Part shown: piece by piece, positions 16,121 to 31,060 of the stretch
How positions within the stretch are numbered: the stretch's first letter is position 1
Layout of the letters: each line of letters starts with the position of its first letter
Assembly (NCBI GenBank): GCA_964016885.1
Contig: OZ024752.1
Span: 27,094,001 to 27,158,000, forward strand
DNA: 64,000 nt
Origin: Eledone cirrhosa
Taxonomy: Eukaryota
Direction: 5' to 3'
Position numbers and translations under genes: made by a program
The notes under the pieces: model-generated
Told to the model about the DNA's origin: nothing
Databases searched by the model: none
The model's input: only the letters and a program-made list of their open reading frames with translations

Positions 16121-19100
16121 ATGACCCTCCCCAAGTATAACAATATTTGTTTCGACACACGATTTCATATAAAAAACCTCGCAAAACTAATTCATCGCCG
16201 CTATGGCATTAGCTTGTGCCAAGCTGAAAGGTTATTGAAAGACACTGTTTTCTGTTATATAAAAACTACAATAACAACAGAACAAACCCGCTTCTTAAAA
16301 CACTGCGTTTCCTCCAAAACATACACAACAAACATATCAAAACAAGTAAATAATTTATTATTGAACAAAACACAAGCCGAACGACAAAAACACACAATAA
16401 CAGTTAATATGAAAAGAACAACATACACAAAAGTCAACGCACTCTACAGACAGAAACGCATTAATGGTAGGGAAATCCGAAATCTCATCACAGCAAACGA
16501 GAGAGATAACTTCATGAGCGTCATCCGACGTGAAACGAAATACGTTCGAAACGAATGCAATAGGCATTTCAATAAGAAATTAGAATGGATGAATAAGAAA
16601 AAATTACAAGAAAGGAAAATCGAATATTCTCAAAAATACCCAGATAACATCGACAATATCCGTATTACTGATGTAAAACTACCGGAAGAATTTACCAACG
16701 ACCACACAGTAAATATCTATGGGAACACTTTAATCAGTGAACAAGAACAACAAATCCTACGGCTACCACCAAAATTTGCCATCTACAAAAAGATTAATCC
16801 TATGGAGTGCAAAACGGAGCTGGAAAAGTGTTTCACAAAAATACGTTGGAATGCAAAGGTAAACAACAACAACAATAATAACGGTAGTAGTAATATAAAC
16901 AATAACTCTGAGTATAGAAATAACAGCCATAACTATAACAATAGAAGGAAAGTGAGAAATAGTGATAATGGTAATAATACTAGCGATAGACAGAACAACA
17001 ACAACCACAATAATAATAATAATAGAAACATTAACCACAGACACAGCAACAGTGACCACAGTAGTAATAACGGTAACAATACGAACAACAACAACAATAA
17101 CCACAGTGGTAATAATGGAAATAGTACATGTAGCAACATCAATGATAGACACAACAAAAACAAGAAACATAATAAAAGTAACGACCACAATGGTAGAAAT
17201 AACAGTAACAACAACAACAATAACGGTGAAGTAAACAACAATACATCTAGCAATCATAACAATAATAATAATGCTAATGATAGAAACAACAACAACCACC
17301 CTGATAACAATAATAGCAACACACACAACTATGACGATAGATATAATGACAACCCCTTAGAGAAACTATTTTTCAACCCAGCTGACAAAACATATAAGAT
17401 GGGTAATATCTATCCTACGCGGTTACCCTTTAATAAAAGAGTTTGCATGCCACAACAAATAGATGACGAGACAGAGGCACAGTTCACCATAGCTAGAAAT
17501 AAGATTAGACAAATAGTAGACAGGTATACTAAGAGACAGTGCAGACCAGAGGCCCAACAACTTGGGAGGAAACCTGTAGAAGGCTTGGTTAGCCTCAAGC
17601 AGCGCACAAGGGATGGTGAGGTAGTGTGTCTATCCACGGATAAGTCTGGTAGGATGTCAATAGATAGCATGCCGAACTACATCGAGGCTATGCAACCCCA
17701 CATCACCAACACGAGCGAAATTGCACAACAAAACACACGATGGGAGAGAAATAATCATCAACGCTCACATGATGATGTGGACTGACATCCTAAAGCCAAG
17801 CAGACGCACTGCCAACAACTTCCAGGCGTCTAACAATGGCATACCACCCTTGTATGGGCTCCGCAAAGACCACAAGACAGTCGACGACCCGACAACAGGA
17901 CCACCAACAAGACCCGAATGCGGAGCTAATATAGCTAGCAATTACAGGATCTCCTACTTCCTCTCAATGGTTATACGCCCTATAATCAAGATGTCCCCAG
18001 ATGTATGTGACAGTACAGAGGACCTCCTCAGCAGAATCAGTGAGTGCAACAAAAACAGGAGCCTATCCAACTGCATAATAGGCAGCATGGATGTGGTGTC
18101 ACTGTACCCATCCATTAACATTGATTTTGCTGTGAAAAGATGTGTGGAGATGATCATTGAGAGTGAGGTGGAGTTCTGCGACGTCGACACAGACGAACTG
18201 GGCCTCCTACTTAGACTTACCTACGACACTGACTACCTAGACAGCCATGACCTTAGATGTTTCTGCCCTAGTAGACCTATAAGAGGTAGACCCCCCACCA
18301 TAACCTCAATGGCAAAAAAGACTCCCATGGGAAGGTGGATTGGGTGGACTAAAGCTATACGGAGCCCCCAAAACAATGATCAGGTAAGAAAAATGGTCGC
18401 ACATGCAATAGGGGCTAGTATCAAAACTACCCTAAAGGGCCACATATTTAAGTTCAACGAGAAAATCTACACCCAAAATGAGGGAGCAGCCATTGGCGTC
18501 AGCATAGCTGGTGATGTTGCCAACCTTTTCATGGTATGGTGAGAAATGAGACTTAAATATCTCCTTAATGAAAGCTCCATAGACCTCATCATGTACTCTC
18601 GTTATGTAGACGATATCAATATAGTTATAAGAACACCCCCACTAGAGAGACTAACAAGTTTGGTTTAGAACGTAGCACGATGGAAAGCATCCAGCAGAGA
18701 GCTGATTCCATACACCAGAGTATAACTGTAACTATCGACTTCCCTTCCAAACACCCTAACAATAGACTACCTGTATTAGACACAGAACTCTGGATTAACA
18801 CTATAGACGAGAGAGCCCAAATTCTCCACTCACACTATGCTAAACCCATGGCCTCCAAATACCTGATACTCAAAAACTCAGCAATGTCCAGTAGTGCTAA
18901 GTTTAATATTCTGATCGCAGATTTGGTACGAGTGATGAAGAATGTGTCCCGCATGCGCGACCCAACAGAAATGGAAAGACACATCCAACACTTCATCAAC
19001 CGCATGCAGTTCTCTGGCTACAACCAAAGAGACAGAGTCAGAGTATACGAAGGAGCCATGGAAAAGTATAAGACCCTCATAGAACTGGACATGAAAGGAA

Positions 19101-19759
19101 TTTGCCCATTATACAGGAGCAAATCATGGAATAGCTTAGATAGGGCTAGACATAAGATAGGGAAAGCCACCTCATGGTACGACAACCAGAGATACCAGAG
19201 TGTCATTTTTGTGGACGCCACCCCTGGAGGGAAATTAGCTAACCAGTGTAGAAAGGCCCTGAGAAAGACCCACTTAAAAATAAAGGTGGTAGAAAAGCCA
19301 GGAACCACCATAAAATCCCTGATCAGCAAAACCTACCCTTTTAAGAAAACCCACTGTACCAATAGGAAATGTATCATATGTAAGGTGAACCCCCGGATAA
19401 ACTGTAAAACTAGAAACGTAGTCTATAGCATAAGATGTACAGAGGGTACTTGCAGAAACATGACAACAACATACATAGGTGAGACAGCTCGTAGCATAGG
19501 TGAAAGGATAGACCAACACTGGGGTGAACTAAAAGGACGAAAAAACGGGTCAGTACTATACGAACATGCTAGACAACAACATGACGGTAACATAGACAAC
19601 ATAGAAATTAGAATAATATCTAAACATAGAAATGACCCAGCAGATAGGCAAATCAGAGAGGCCAGTGAAATAGAAATTAGAAGACCAAAGCTAAACAGAA
19701 AGAATGAATGGAATAACAACAACACCCAAACAAACAACACTGACACAAGAGAAGTATAA
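16121..19759 (+). pseudogene. Neptune-like PLE polyprotein (N-terminal domain, Asn-rich insert, RT, GIY-YIG), disrupted
   Basis: ORFs 16121-17785, 17721-18542 and 18680-19759. Motifs TDKSGR, LYGLRKDHK, SMDVVSLYPSI, GAAIG, then TGA at 18540 followed in frame by YSRYVDD; two frameshifts. Confidence 0.9.
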
Positions 19760-20225
19760 ATAAGTAAATAAAATAAGATAAATAAATAAATAAATACATA
19801 CACAAGCACTATAACAACAAGCACATAAACACACACTAGTCACCCATCACACAGCAAACATAACACTATACACACACACAAACGCATGCGCAAAGAAGAC
19901 GAAATAAAATAAACAAACAAGCAAATAAATAAATAAATATATAGACAGACTGAATAAAAATGGCGTAGACAGGAGGAAAATATAACACCACTGACGATGT
20001 TGCAGATGTGCAACGAAAGATTTATGATAAACTATATATATATGTGTTTGTGTCTATATTGTATCTGTATTATTTTTGACCGTCGGTCAGTCAATGGCAA
20101 CATTGAGGACCGAGTAAGTTAGATTACCGATATAAAAGACAGCGAGAAGCGAAAACCAACCAACCAGTGAGTGTGTTCTGTTATTAATTCTGGCAATATT
20201 ACACAAATATGACCCTCCCAAGTAG

Positions 20226-20333
<108 letters not shown>

Positions 20334-20398
20334 GTAATAAAATGAAAACGAAATTTCATTTCTCACTCTTAGTACGGCAGTTACTGTATACATACATA

Positions 20399-20451
<53 letters not shown>

Positions 20452-20519
20452 TCCACACGTATATGTATATACATACATTTATATATTTTTCTACCACGGG
20501 TGGTACGTACCCAACCTTC

Positions 20520-21350
20520 TCAACTATTATTTATAGTTCGACTATTATTATCATCAACGCTTCTTAAGTAAGCTGCTTTGTTTATACATTTAGCTACAGG
20601 CATATAATCTTTTCTAAAATATTGAATTGCTGGTCAACTCTACTCAATAGGGCCATAATAAATGGAATGAAATATACGGATCTTACGAGTGAGGGAGTTA
20701 ATATTATTCTTACGGCCAGGAAGACGATAATTGATTATAATGGAAAATTATGAACTTGAGCCGATAGACTTGAAAACTTCGAAATCACCATGTGTTCTAC
20801 AGACTCACCTCAGGTCACTGACCTCGTGGGTGTCTTCGTCCTAAACATAATTAACAGAATGTTTCCTGAACTTGGCGGTTGTTTGTACCGCGATGATTAC
20901 AGAGAAGAAAGACAGATGAGGAAAAAGATAGTTACCTGAAAGCAAAAGAGAATTGATCAAGGATAGAGAGAGACAAGGAGGAATAATTTTTATAGTATAA
21001 AGCTACTGTTTCTCTCTGTCTTTCTTCAATAATTTTAATTATTTGAATCTCTAACAGTTATGTAAATTGCTATTATGTATTTTTAAGCTTTCTCATACGC
21101 ACCCTCTGTATTATATGTAATTTTTTCATGTCTCAATCTTAAGGTATATAATTATTGAGTTTTGTCATATCTTATTCACTACCATGACTGAATGTTAACC
21201 ATCTACTAAGTCAGAGTATGTCATGCATCATCTTATTTTATCTGATGAGGACGTACTGTTGAAGATAGCTCAGTACCTCTGAAATATGTATAATAAAATA
21301 TACTTGATCACACGAATGTCTATTTTTGTTAATATTTTGAATTAATATAT
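20520..21350 (+). mobile_element. Decayed, internally deleted PLE (RT remnant + 3' UTR with hammerhead at 21234-21300)
   Basis: Manual translation of about 20690-20897 gives IILTARKT...ENFEITMCSTDSPQVTDLVGVFVL...GGCLYRDD. HHR reads UAUUUUAU-CUGAUGA-stem II-GAAA-UAUGUA-UA^-AUAAAAUA. Confidence 0.8.
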
Positions 21351-21361
21351 ATATATGGATG

Positions 21362-21428
<67 letters not shown>

Positions 21429-21432
<4 letters not shown>

Positions 21433-21622
21433 TTAATATAGATAAGATTCTACAGGACTAGCACTGTTTCATTCATTAGAAATCATCAGGAATCCCTGAT
21501 GATTTCTAATGAATGAAACAGTTCTAGTCCTGTAGAATCTCATCTATATTAAAACTTTTATACTCTGCTATGTATTGAGTACCTTACTTACTGTGGTTAC
21601 CTCCGATTCAACCCGGAATAAC

Positions 21623-21623
<1 letters not shown>
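21429..21623. mobile_element. Mini palindromic element (family E) with back-to-back hammerhead motifs
   Basis: Palindrome 21429-21556 plus a 65-bp tail. Minus-strand HHR 21446-21494 reads GAUUC-CUGAUGA-UUUCUAAUGAAU-GAAA-CAG..CUG-UA^-GAAUC; plus-strand mirror at 21491-21539. Confidence 0.7.
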
Positions 21624-21684
<61 letters not shown>

Positions 21685-21686
<2 letters not shown>

Positions 21687-24510
21687 AAAGTTATATTTAA
21701 ATTGTTGGGTTACAACTAGTAAATATTTATAACTGATATAAAAGCACTCGACAAGTATTTGGAGTATATTTACAATATTAAATAAATGGAAACTATATTT
21801 ATAATATGGTACTACCGGAGGTTTATATAGAGATAACATGCTTTTACTTATTGATAATAATAACTCTGAACTAAATAGAAAATGTAAACAAATTACACAA
21901 TTTTTTAATTACTTTAATCTTAAAATAGAAATTGAGAACAACCATAGAATAGTCAATTTCCTAGATATAACATTAAATCTCAACACATGTCTTCACTATC
22001 CTTTTTACAAGTTGAGTGAAAACTTAAACTATGTCAACTTTAACTCTAACCACCCCAGATCTGTCAAAAACACTGTAGTAAGCTCTGTTCAAAAACGTAT
22101 CTCTAGGATCTCGTCGAATAGAAAGATTTTCGACGAAAAAGCCCAATACTACAATGAAGCATTAGCTAGAGCAGGATATGCTGATAAGATTATGTACATA
22201 GATAATGATAGACAAACTAAACAAAATAACAACTATTTTAATTACGGCAACAACCTTAACAACTATAATAGAAAGCATTACAATAACTCCAAAGGCCAAA
22301 AAAGAAATAGAACCAGGAACATAATTTGGTTTGCCCCCCCCCCCCCCCCCTTCTCACTAAACATTAAAACCCACATCGCTAAACTATTTTTTAAAGCTCT
22401 TGATAATCGCTTCCTTAGAACACATAGGTATCACTCAATTTTCAATAGACATACAATAAAATTAACCTACTCATCCACCAAAAATTTAGCACAAAATATT
22501 AATAGAATAAATAATAGGAACTTAAAACCTAGTGATAATAGCATAAATAATATACAAGTTAACAAATGTAACTGTAGAGATAGATCTAAATGTCCGTTAA
22601 ATAACAACTGCTTAGTTAAAAATATAGTATACAATTGTAATGTTAAAACTGACTCTAATTCTTTTAACTACGTCGGTTCCACATCGACGGAATTTAAACT
22701 TCGCTATAATAACCACAAGAATTCTTTCACAGATCCAAGCAAAAAATCTTCAACGGCACTATCAGGCGTACTCTGGCAACTTAAGCTAGATAACGTTAGA
22801 TATTCGACGGCTTGGAATATAGTCTCAAGAGGAATTCCTTTTAATTCATCCTCTGAGACATGTGACCTCTGCGCAGAGGAGATATTCTTTATACTAAAAT
22901 CTAAAAATTCCCTTAATCTACGGACAAATTTATTCAGTTGCTGCAAACATAGATTAAACTCAACGTTTAAATATAAATTTAAATTTAAAATGTAGTATAT
23001 TTAGTTTGATTTATAATTATATGGGAAACTAGCCGATAAATCTTTGATTTCTTCTTTTTATTCTTTTTTATTTTTATTTTTATTTTTATTTAAACATTCT
23101 TCATGAAAAATTAAGCTACCCTAAAAGTTGATGCTCCAAATATTTCGAATAAACGTTACACTAGATAAACTTCTATATTAAATATAAGAACACATGTAGA
23201 CCAAATGGGCATCCTAAACTTTTTGAAATGATCTTTGCTAGATGCGATTTGATAAATAATTTTTTGGCTTTATCTGTTTTTCGACTCTGATGCTTATAAT
23301 GAACTTGGCAATATATTGTCAATTAATTTTGAAGGGTTGATCTTTGTGGTTTATTTTTATTTTTATTATTGTAGTATTTTCTAATATTTTTATTTTTAAT
23401 ATTTTTTAATATGTAATATTTTTAATATGTAATATTCTTTCGTAATATTTTTTAGTTTTATATTTTTTAGTTTTCTATTTTATTATTACTTATTATTATT
23501 ATTATTGTCTATTTTATTATTACTTATTATTATTATTATTATTATTATTTTTTGGTTTTGTTTCTGATATATATTTTTATTAGTATATTGAAATCTGCTC
23601 TCTATTTCTGCTTGATAGATAATCTTGTAGAGTAAAGACAGGAATAGTAGTAATATTGACTCTATATATATTTGTGTGTATATATATACACATATATGTA
23701 TAGTTAAATTTTTATAGCACAATGAGAATGTTTTCCGTGAACTTAGAGTTTGCAGAGTTGATCATGTAAATTCACATAGATGTTTGTAGTTATCACATAA
23801 ACATATGAATTTTAAAAAAAAAACTAAACATAAGATCATTACTTTTCACACATTATGGATACATGTCTCATTCAGGAATACTGATATTTACAATATAGTG
23901 GCTGGTTTTTAAACATACTAATACCTCTACATTAAAACATAGGGTTTTTTATGCCTCGCCTATGTCTGGTTATTTTTAATTTTTAATTTTTCTCTCTATG
24001 TAACAGCTGGTTTCTCCCCTAACCACATATATCTCCCTTACATTAATACTAGAGCTAAATAAATAAATAAATAAATAAATGTATCATTGATACGTTTACT
24101 CAACGGACGTCCCACTACCTAGTTTTCTATATATATATCTATCTCTATTTCCTCTCTCTATATATACATATATCTCTCTCTGTTTCTTTACATGAAGTTC
24201 TTCTCTTTATCTATCTTTCCATCTCTCTATTTTGTTCCATGCATTTCTTCTTTTTCTTCTTTTTCTTCGTTTTCTGTCTTTCTTTCCTTTTTTCTCTCTT
24301 TCTTTCTTTCTGTGTACAATTTTTTCACTGCCAATTCAACTTTTCAAATACAAGTCGATGTTGTTACGGTATGTCAAATCTATTTATCTATAAAACTGTT
24401 TATATTGTATTTTGTCTGAGGAAGGCATAGCATATTGTTAATATGATATCCCTGAAATATATATAATGAAATAAATATGGTTTTATAAATATAGTTTCCA
24501 TTTATTTAAT

Positions 24511-24515
<5 letters not shown>
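21685..24515 (+). mobile_element. Penelope-like element family A, copy 2, 5'-truncated, with an inverted terminal segment at 21685-21800
   Basis: GLYRDN (YRDD variant) leads into ORF 21838-22995 with GIY-YIG. The 3' UTR runs to 24515, and 21771-21800 is the reverse complement of the element's own 3' end. Confidence 0.92.
24409..24472 (+). ncRNA. Type I hammerhead ribozyme in the family A 3' end
   Basis: AUUUUGU-CUGAGGA-AGG..CAUAUU/AAUAUG..CCU-GAAA-UAUAUA-UA^-AUGAAAU. Confidence 0.78.
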
Positions 24516-26416
<1,901 letters not shown>

Positions 26417-26424
26417 ATTCTGAA

Positions 26425-26540
26425 GGCGTGTGGCTGAGTGGTTAGAGAATTGGCGCCGCAATCGTGAGGTTGTGAGTTCGATTCCTGGACCAGGCGATGC
26501 GTTGTGTCCTTGAGCAAGACACTTTATTTCACCTTGCTCC
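26425..26540 (+). mobile_element. tRNA-derived SINE 5' part
   Basis: Box A TGGCTGAGTGG and box B GTTCGATTCC, followed by GTGTCCTTGAGCAAGACACTT, typical of V/Meta-type SINE cores. Confidence 0.75.
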
Positions 26541-26765
26541 TTCTACCTGGAGTTGCGACCGATAGATAGTATAAGCAATTGGAAAGACCAACGGAAACAT
26601 TGTCTCCTCGGTACAATTTGACGAAAGTCTATCGCGAAAATATAATCGCTTTGTAATTTACCTCATCCATTTCTAATTTATTATTCACGGTTTATTTGAA
26701 CAAATGCTTGATAATAATATTGTTCTTTTTCACTAACTTTATGCCCGAAAAACATTATTATCAGT

Positions 26766-26886
26766 CTGAGTTCAAATCCCGCCGAGGTTAACTTTGCCTT
26801 TCATCCTTACGGGGTCGATAAAATAAAGTACCAGTAATGTACTGGATAATTGCTGGCCTTGTGCCTAAAGTAGAAACAATTATTAT
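26766..26886 (+). mobile_element. Deu/Nin-domain tRNA-derived SINE (5'-truncated)
   Basis: Box B GTTCAAATCC plus GCCTTTCATCCTTACGGGGTCGATAAAATAAAGTACCAG core. Relatives at 29640, 39995, 59009, 61010 and 61232. Confidence 0.8.
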
Positions 26887-26914
26887 CATTAATATCATCA
26901 TCATCATCATCATT

Positions 26915-29900
26915 ATTATTATTACAGTTGCATTTATCTTGCTTTATGTTCATACGAGTTATCACCAAGTCACAACCAGTGACCTCAAGAGACAACAAGG
27001 TCCGCCATGTTCAAGAAAGAACATACATACTCACACATGCATCTTTAGGTGTTTAGACTTCTGATGTACTTATATTGACAGAATCTACCTTAGTATATGG
27101 GCAGTTCCCATTAGTACTATCTTTTGTATTTCTCCTATACGCGGGTTTCCTGGGATTTGCGATAAGTAATCATTAGACCCCTTAGGTATCATTCCTAGAG
27201 CGCCTACAACCACTGGTATTGTTTTAGTTCTCAATTTCAAACATTTTTCCAATTTCTATCTCCAGGTCCTTATACTTGCTCAATTTTTCAAATGTTTTTA
27301 TAGATACATTCTTTGGAACGGACATATCAATTAGCAGGCATACCCTCTTTTTAAAGTCCTTCAATATTATATCAGGTCTATTTGCATCTATTTTTCGGTC
27401 TGTTTGGATGCTAACGTTCCACAAGATTGAGATGTGATCTTTTTCAAGTATGGGAGGTGGTTGATGCTCCCACCAATTCTTTTGATGGGACAGGTCAAAA
27501 TGCTTACACATTATCCAATGTATGTATTGTGCAGCTCTGTCATGCCTGTTTAGGTATTCGGTTGAGGCTATAGGACTGCACATTGAAATTATATGGTCAA
27601 TGGTCTCTCGTTGTTTTTTACATACACGGCATAATGAGCTGCATCCATTTTTTATTATGTTGGCTTAGTAATTTTTTGTTGGCAGACACTGATCTTGTGC
27701 TGATATAATCAGTCCTTCAGTCTCCGATTTCAGTCCAGAGGATGCCAACCACTGATGGGTTAAAGTTTTGTCAACATCAGGATTGTTAGCTCGTTCTGGG
27801 TATTTTCCATACAGAGGCTTTTCTTGCCATTTCTTAGCCAGTTTCTGTAGCAGTTCTTTCTTTGCAGTTACTTTTACCTGCTTTGCTTTTTCTGTGTTTT
27901 CCATTTCAGCAGTAAATGGGACTTCAGAAATTTGTAGTCCATTACTGTATCTTTGTGCATCTTTTGTAATGGAATATGATCTTTTGATGCTTTCGTGTTT
28001 CAAAACGAGTTTGATCATCCAATCATGTGATTCCCTTAGATATGTAGATAATCCAATTGTTGCAGTTTTCAACGCAATGTTTAACTGGATTAACCCACGT
28101 CCTCCTTCTTTCCTAGGGCGATATATTCTATCTGTATCTACCTTAGGGTGATGCATTCTGTGCATGGTTAAGAATTTTCGAATTTTTGTATCGAGCCTAC
28201 GGATCTCTGTGCTTGACCAGTTGTTGACATTGTAACTGTAGGTTACTACTGGTATGGCAAGCGTGTTTATGGCATCGATCCTATTCCTTGCATTCAATTC
28301 TGTTCTAAAGATTGCTCCTACTCTGCGGTAACATTCCTTCATTATCCTTTCCCTCATTGCCGAGTGCTTGATTCCGTCTCCTTCACAAACACCTAGATAT
28401 TTGTAAGTTTCCTCTTGATCAAGTTCTCTTATCACATTCCCCCGATCAAGATTAATGTCTGAACTTTTCAGCAGCTTTCCTCTGGTGAACGTTGCCTTGG
28501 CGCATTTATCTAGTCCAAACTCCATTTTAATGTCATCACTGAACTGCTCCACAATGGATAATAGCCCTTACAATTGTTCATCATTTTTTTGCAAATAGTT
28601 TCAGGTCATCCATGTAGAACAAGTGATTAATGGTTTTGTCATAGACTTTATATTCATGTTTTGTTTCATTGAGCATTTTACTTAATGGTATAAGTGCGAT
28701 GCAGAATAAAAGCGGTGATAAAGAGTCACCCTGAAAAATTCCACAATTAATATTAACTTCTCCAGCTTCCAGTGATTTTGTTTCACTATTCAAAAGGAGT
28801 GTCGTTTTCCATGTCTTCATACTGAATGACAAAAACCTCCTGACAACGGGAGATATTTTGAAAATCTCTAAACATTTTTCAATCCAACTGTGTGGCAAAC
28901 TATCGAATGCTTTTTTATCATCTATCAAAGCAATTGATAGATTTTTGTGTCTATTATGACAATCTTCCAGTATCATTTTGTTAACCAAAAGCTGATCCTT
29001 ACAGCCATATCAGCCTCGTTTACACCCTTTCTGCTCAATGGGAAATATGTCATTTGTTATCAGGTGGTCATATGTATATTCAGTTAGAACTGATGTTAAA
29101 GTTTTATACATTGTGGTCAAGCAAGTTATTGGTCTGTAATTTTTGGGATTGTTTGTCTCATCATTCTTCGGAAGCAGGAATGTAATGCCGTTAACTAGCC
29201 ATGATGGTATCTTTTCTGGCTCCTTAACTAGTTCATTGTAAAGTTGGGCTAACAGCTCATGAGACTCTGTGAAGGCATTTATCCAAAAACTTTGTATTTT
29301 GTCTTTTCCTGGGGATTTCCATTTGCTGTTTTTTCTTAGAGCAACTGTTCAACTGTTATATTTTCTCATATTTGTTCCTCAAGGTGAGCTGTATCTTTCA
29401 TTTGTCTGTCTATCCATGGGGCATGTATATTATGAACTTTTTCTTCGGCCCAGATCTTTTCCCAGAATTCTTGCACTTCCTCCTTGGGTGGTATTGATTT
29501 AGCATTGTTGACTTACCAATTTTTCTGTAGAAGTTTCTTTGGTTGTTTTTGAACATATTATTGTCCTTATAGAATATGTTCAAAAACAACCAAAGAAACT
29601 TCTACAGAAAAATTGGTAAGTCAACAATGCTAAATCAACAATCCCGCCGAGGTTGACTTTGCCTTTCATCCTTACGGGGTCGATAAAATAAAGTACCAGT
29701 AATGCACTGGATAATTGCTGGCCTTGTGCCTAAAGTAGAAACAATTATTGTCCTTATAGAATCTAGATCGTTTTTCTTTTCAAAGCGCCTTATACGAGCA
29801 GCTTTGGCCGACACTTTTTGCTTGATTATTTCTATCAGCATGTCTATGTCACTTGTTGATTTTATACTGTACATTCTTTTCAATTTTTTAAGTTTAGTTT

Positions 29901-31060
29901 GTTTAACATGTTCACCTACTTTATAGTTTGTTAAAATGTCTATGTCAGATCGGAGAAGGTTTATTTGGCGATTGATATTCTCTTGCCAAGTAGATTTCTT
30001 GTGGGAATTCCTTTGTTTTTTCATCTTCACTCCACATAAGTGAGTGGTGACTTTAGCCGATGCATAATAGAGATGATTTAAATCAGTAATGTTTAGTTTG
30101 TTTGTGATGATAATGTTTTTGAGAATTATGTTAGTCTTGTGTATTATCTTTTGGTTCTGTTTGGAGTTCTGGATCTTAGGGAGGGTGTTTCGTTCCCCCA
30201 TGTCAGATTCTTTCATTTTCATCCATTCGATCATAATTTCATCCTTCAAGTTGGCAAGTTCATTCTCATTCATTTCTTTATCATTTACGATCTCATTGTT
30301 TTCATTTGGAGTTTCATTTTGAGCATGCACTCCCTCCACTTTTTCGATCCTTTCTTTAATTTGTTCTGTTGTCAGTGATTCCGCCCCAACCCTGGGATTC
30401 GAAGTGTTACAATTTACCTCGTTTTCACTGACACATGTTTCATTTTCCCTTCGCTGACTTTGTGCTAATAGCTTGATCTGATCAATTTCTATATCAGTTA
30501 GTAACTTTTTTTTTACAATATTTCTTCGTATATTGGCTAGTTTGTTACTGTCAATATAGCCTCTGTTTTCGGGATGTTTCTTTTTCCAGTTGATATATGT
30601 CTGTTCTGTATTCGATGTATTTGATGGGTAGTACATGGCAATGTAGAAAGCCTCAAGGACTTCTTTATTATCTTCCCTTGACCATTTTTCTCTCTTTTTC
30701 TTTGGATTTCTTGGTGGTGAGCATGGAGGGCCAACAGTAGGAGTATTCCGGTTATGGGAGGTCTCCAGCTCCGAAGTGATGGGAAGGTTTGAACCATTAG
30801 CTGATTTTTCGACCCCAGTCTGGTTCCTCTCTGAGGGACGCGGCCCTTTTTGACCCGGGTGACGGCCGATCCGGTATGAGATTTTATCATTAGACATTTA
30901 CTTTATTTTGTCGCGTTTTATCCTTATCCGCCAAGGGGTAATCATTTCGTGTTACCACTTCTAGGATGACTGTCAACCAAGACTAGAGGGGTCGTCCTCC
31001 CCTAGAGACACGGCTATTCCCCGCCGGCCGCCATCCCGGTATTTCTTGGTCATGGGGTTT
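26915..31060 (-). mobile_element. R4/Dong-clade non-LTR retrotransposon (single ORF: Myb-like N-terminus, RT, CCHC, RLE endonuclease), disrupted
   Basis: ORF start at 30897 (KWSREDN..VLEAFY); YRPITCL; GIFQGDSLSPLLF; HLFYMDDLKL; YKYLG; RHD; RPDIIL.D....CLLIDMSVP; KLSKYKDL. Several stops and frameshifts; 3' end in (TAA/TGA)n. Confidence 0.88.
29640..29748 (+). mobile_element. Deu/Nin SINE inserted in the R4-like ORF with a 19-bp target-site duplication
   Basis: ATTATTGTCCTTATAGAAT at 29557-29575 and 29744-29762. Confidence 0.85.

Noticed and set aside
18540-18542. In-frame TGA in the PLE RT as possible selenocysteine recoding
   Set aside because: The position fits a W (MVWW) TGG-to-TGA mutation, the copy has other frameshifts, the endonuclease is C-terminal, and no SECIS was recognised.
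26425-26497. tRNA gene
   Set aside because: A and B boxes are present, but there is no proper acceptor stem and the sequence continues into a SINE core.
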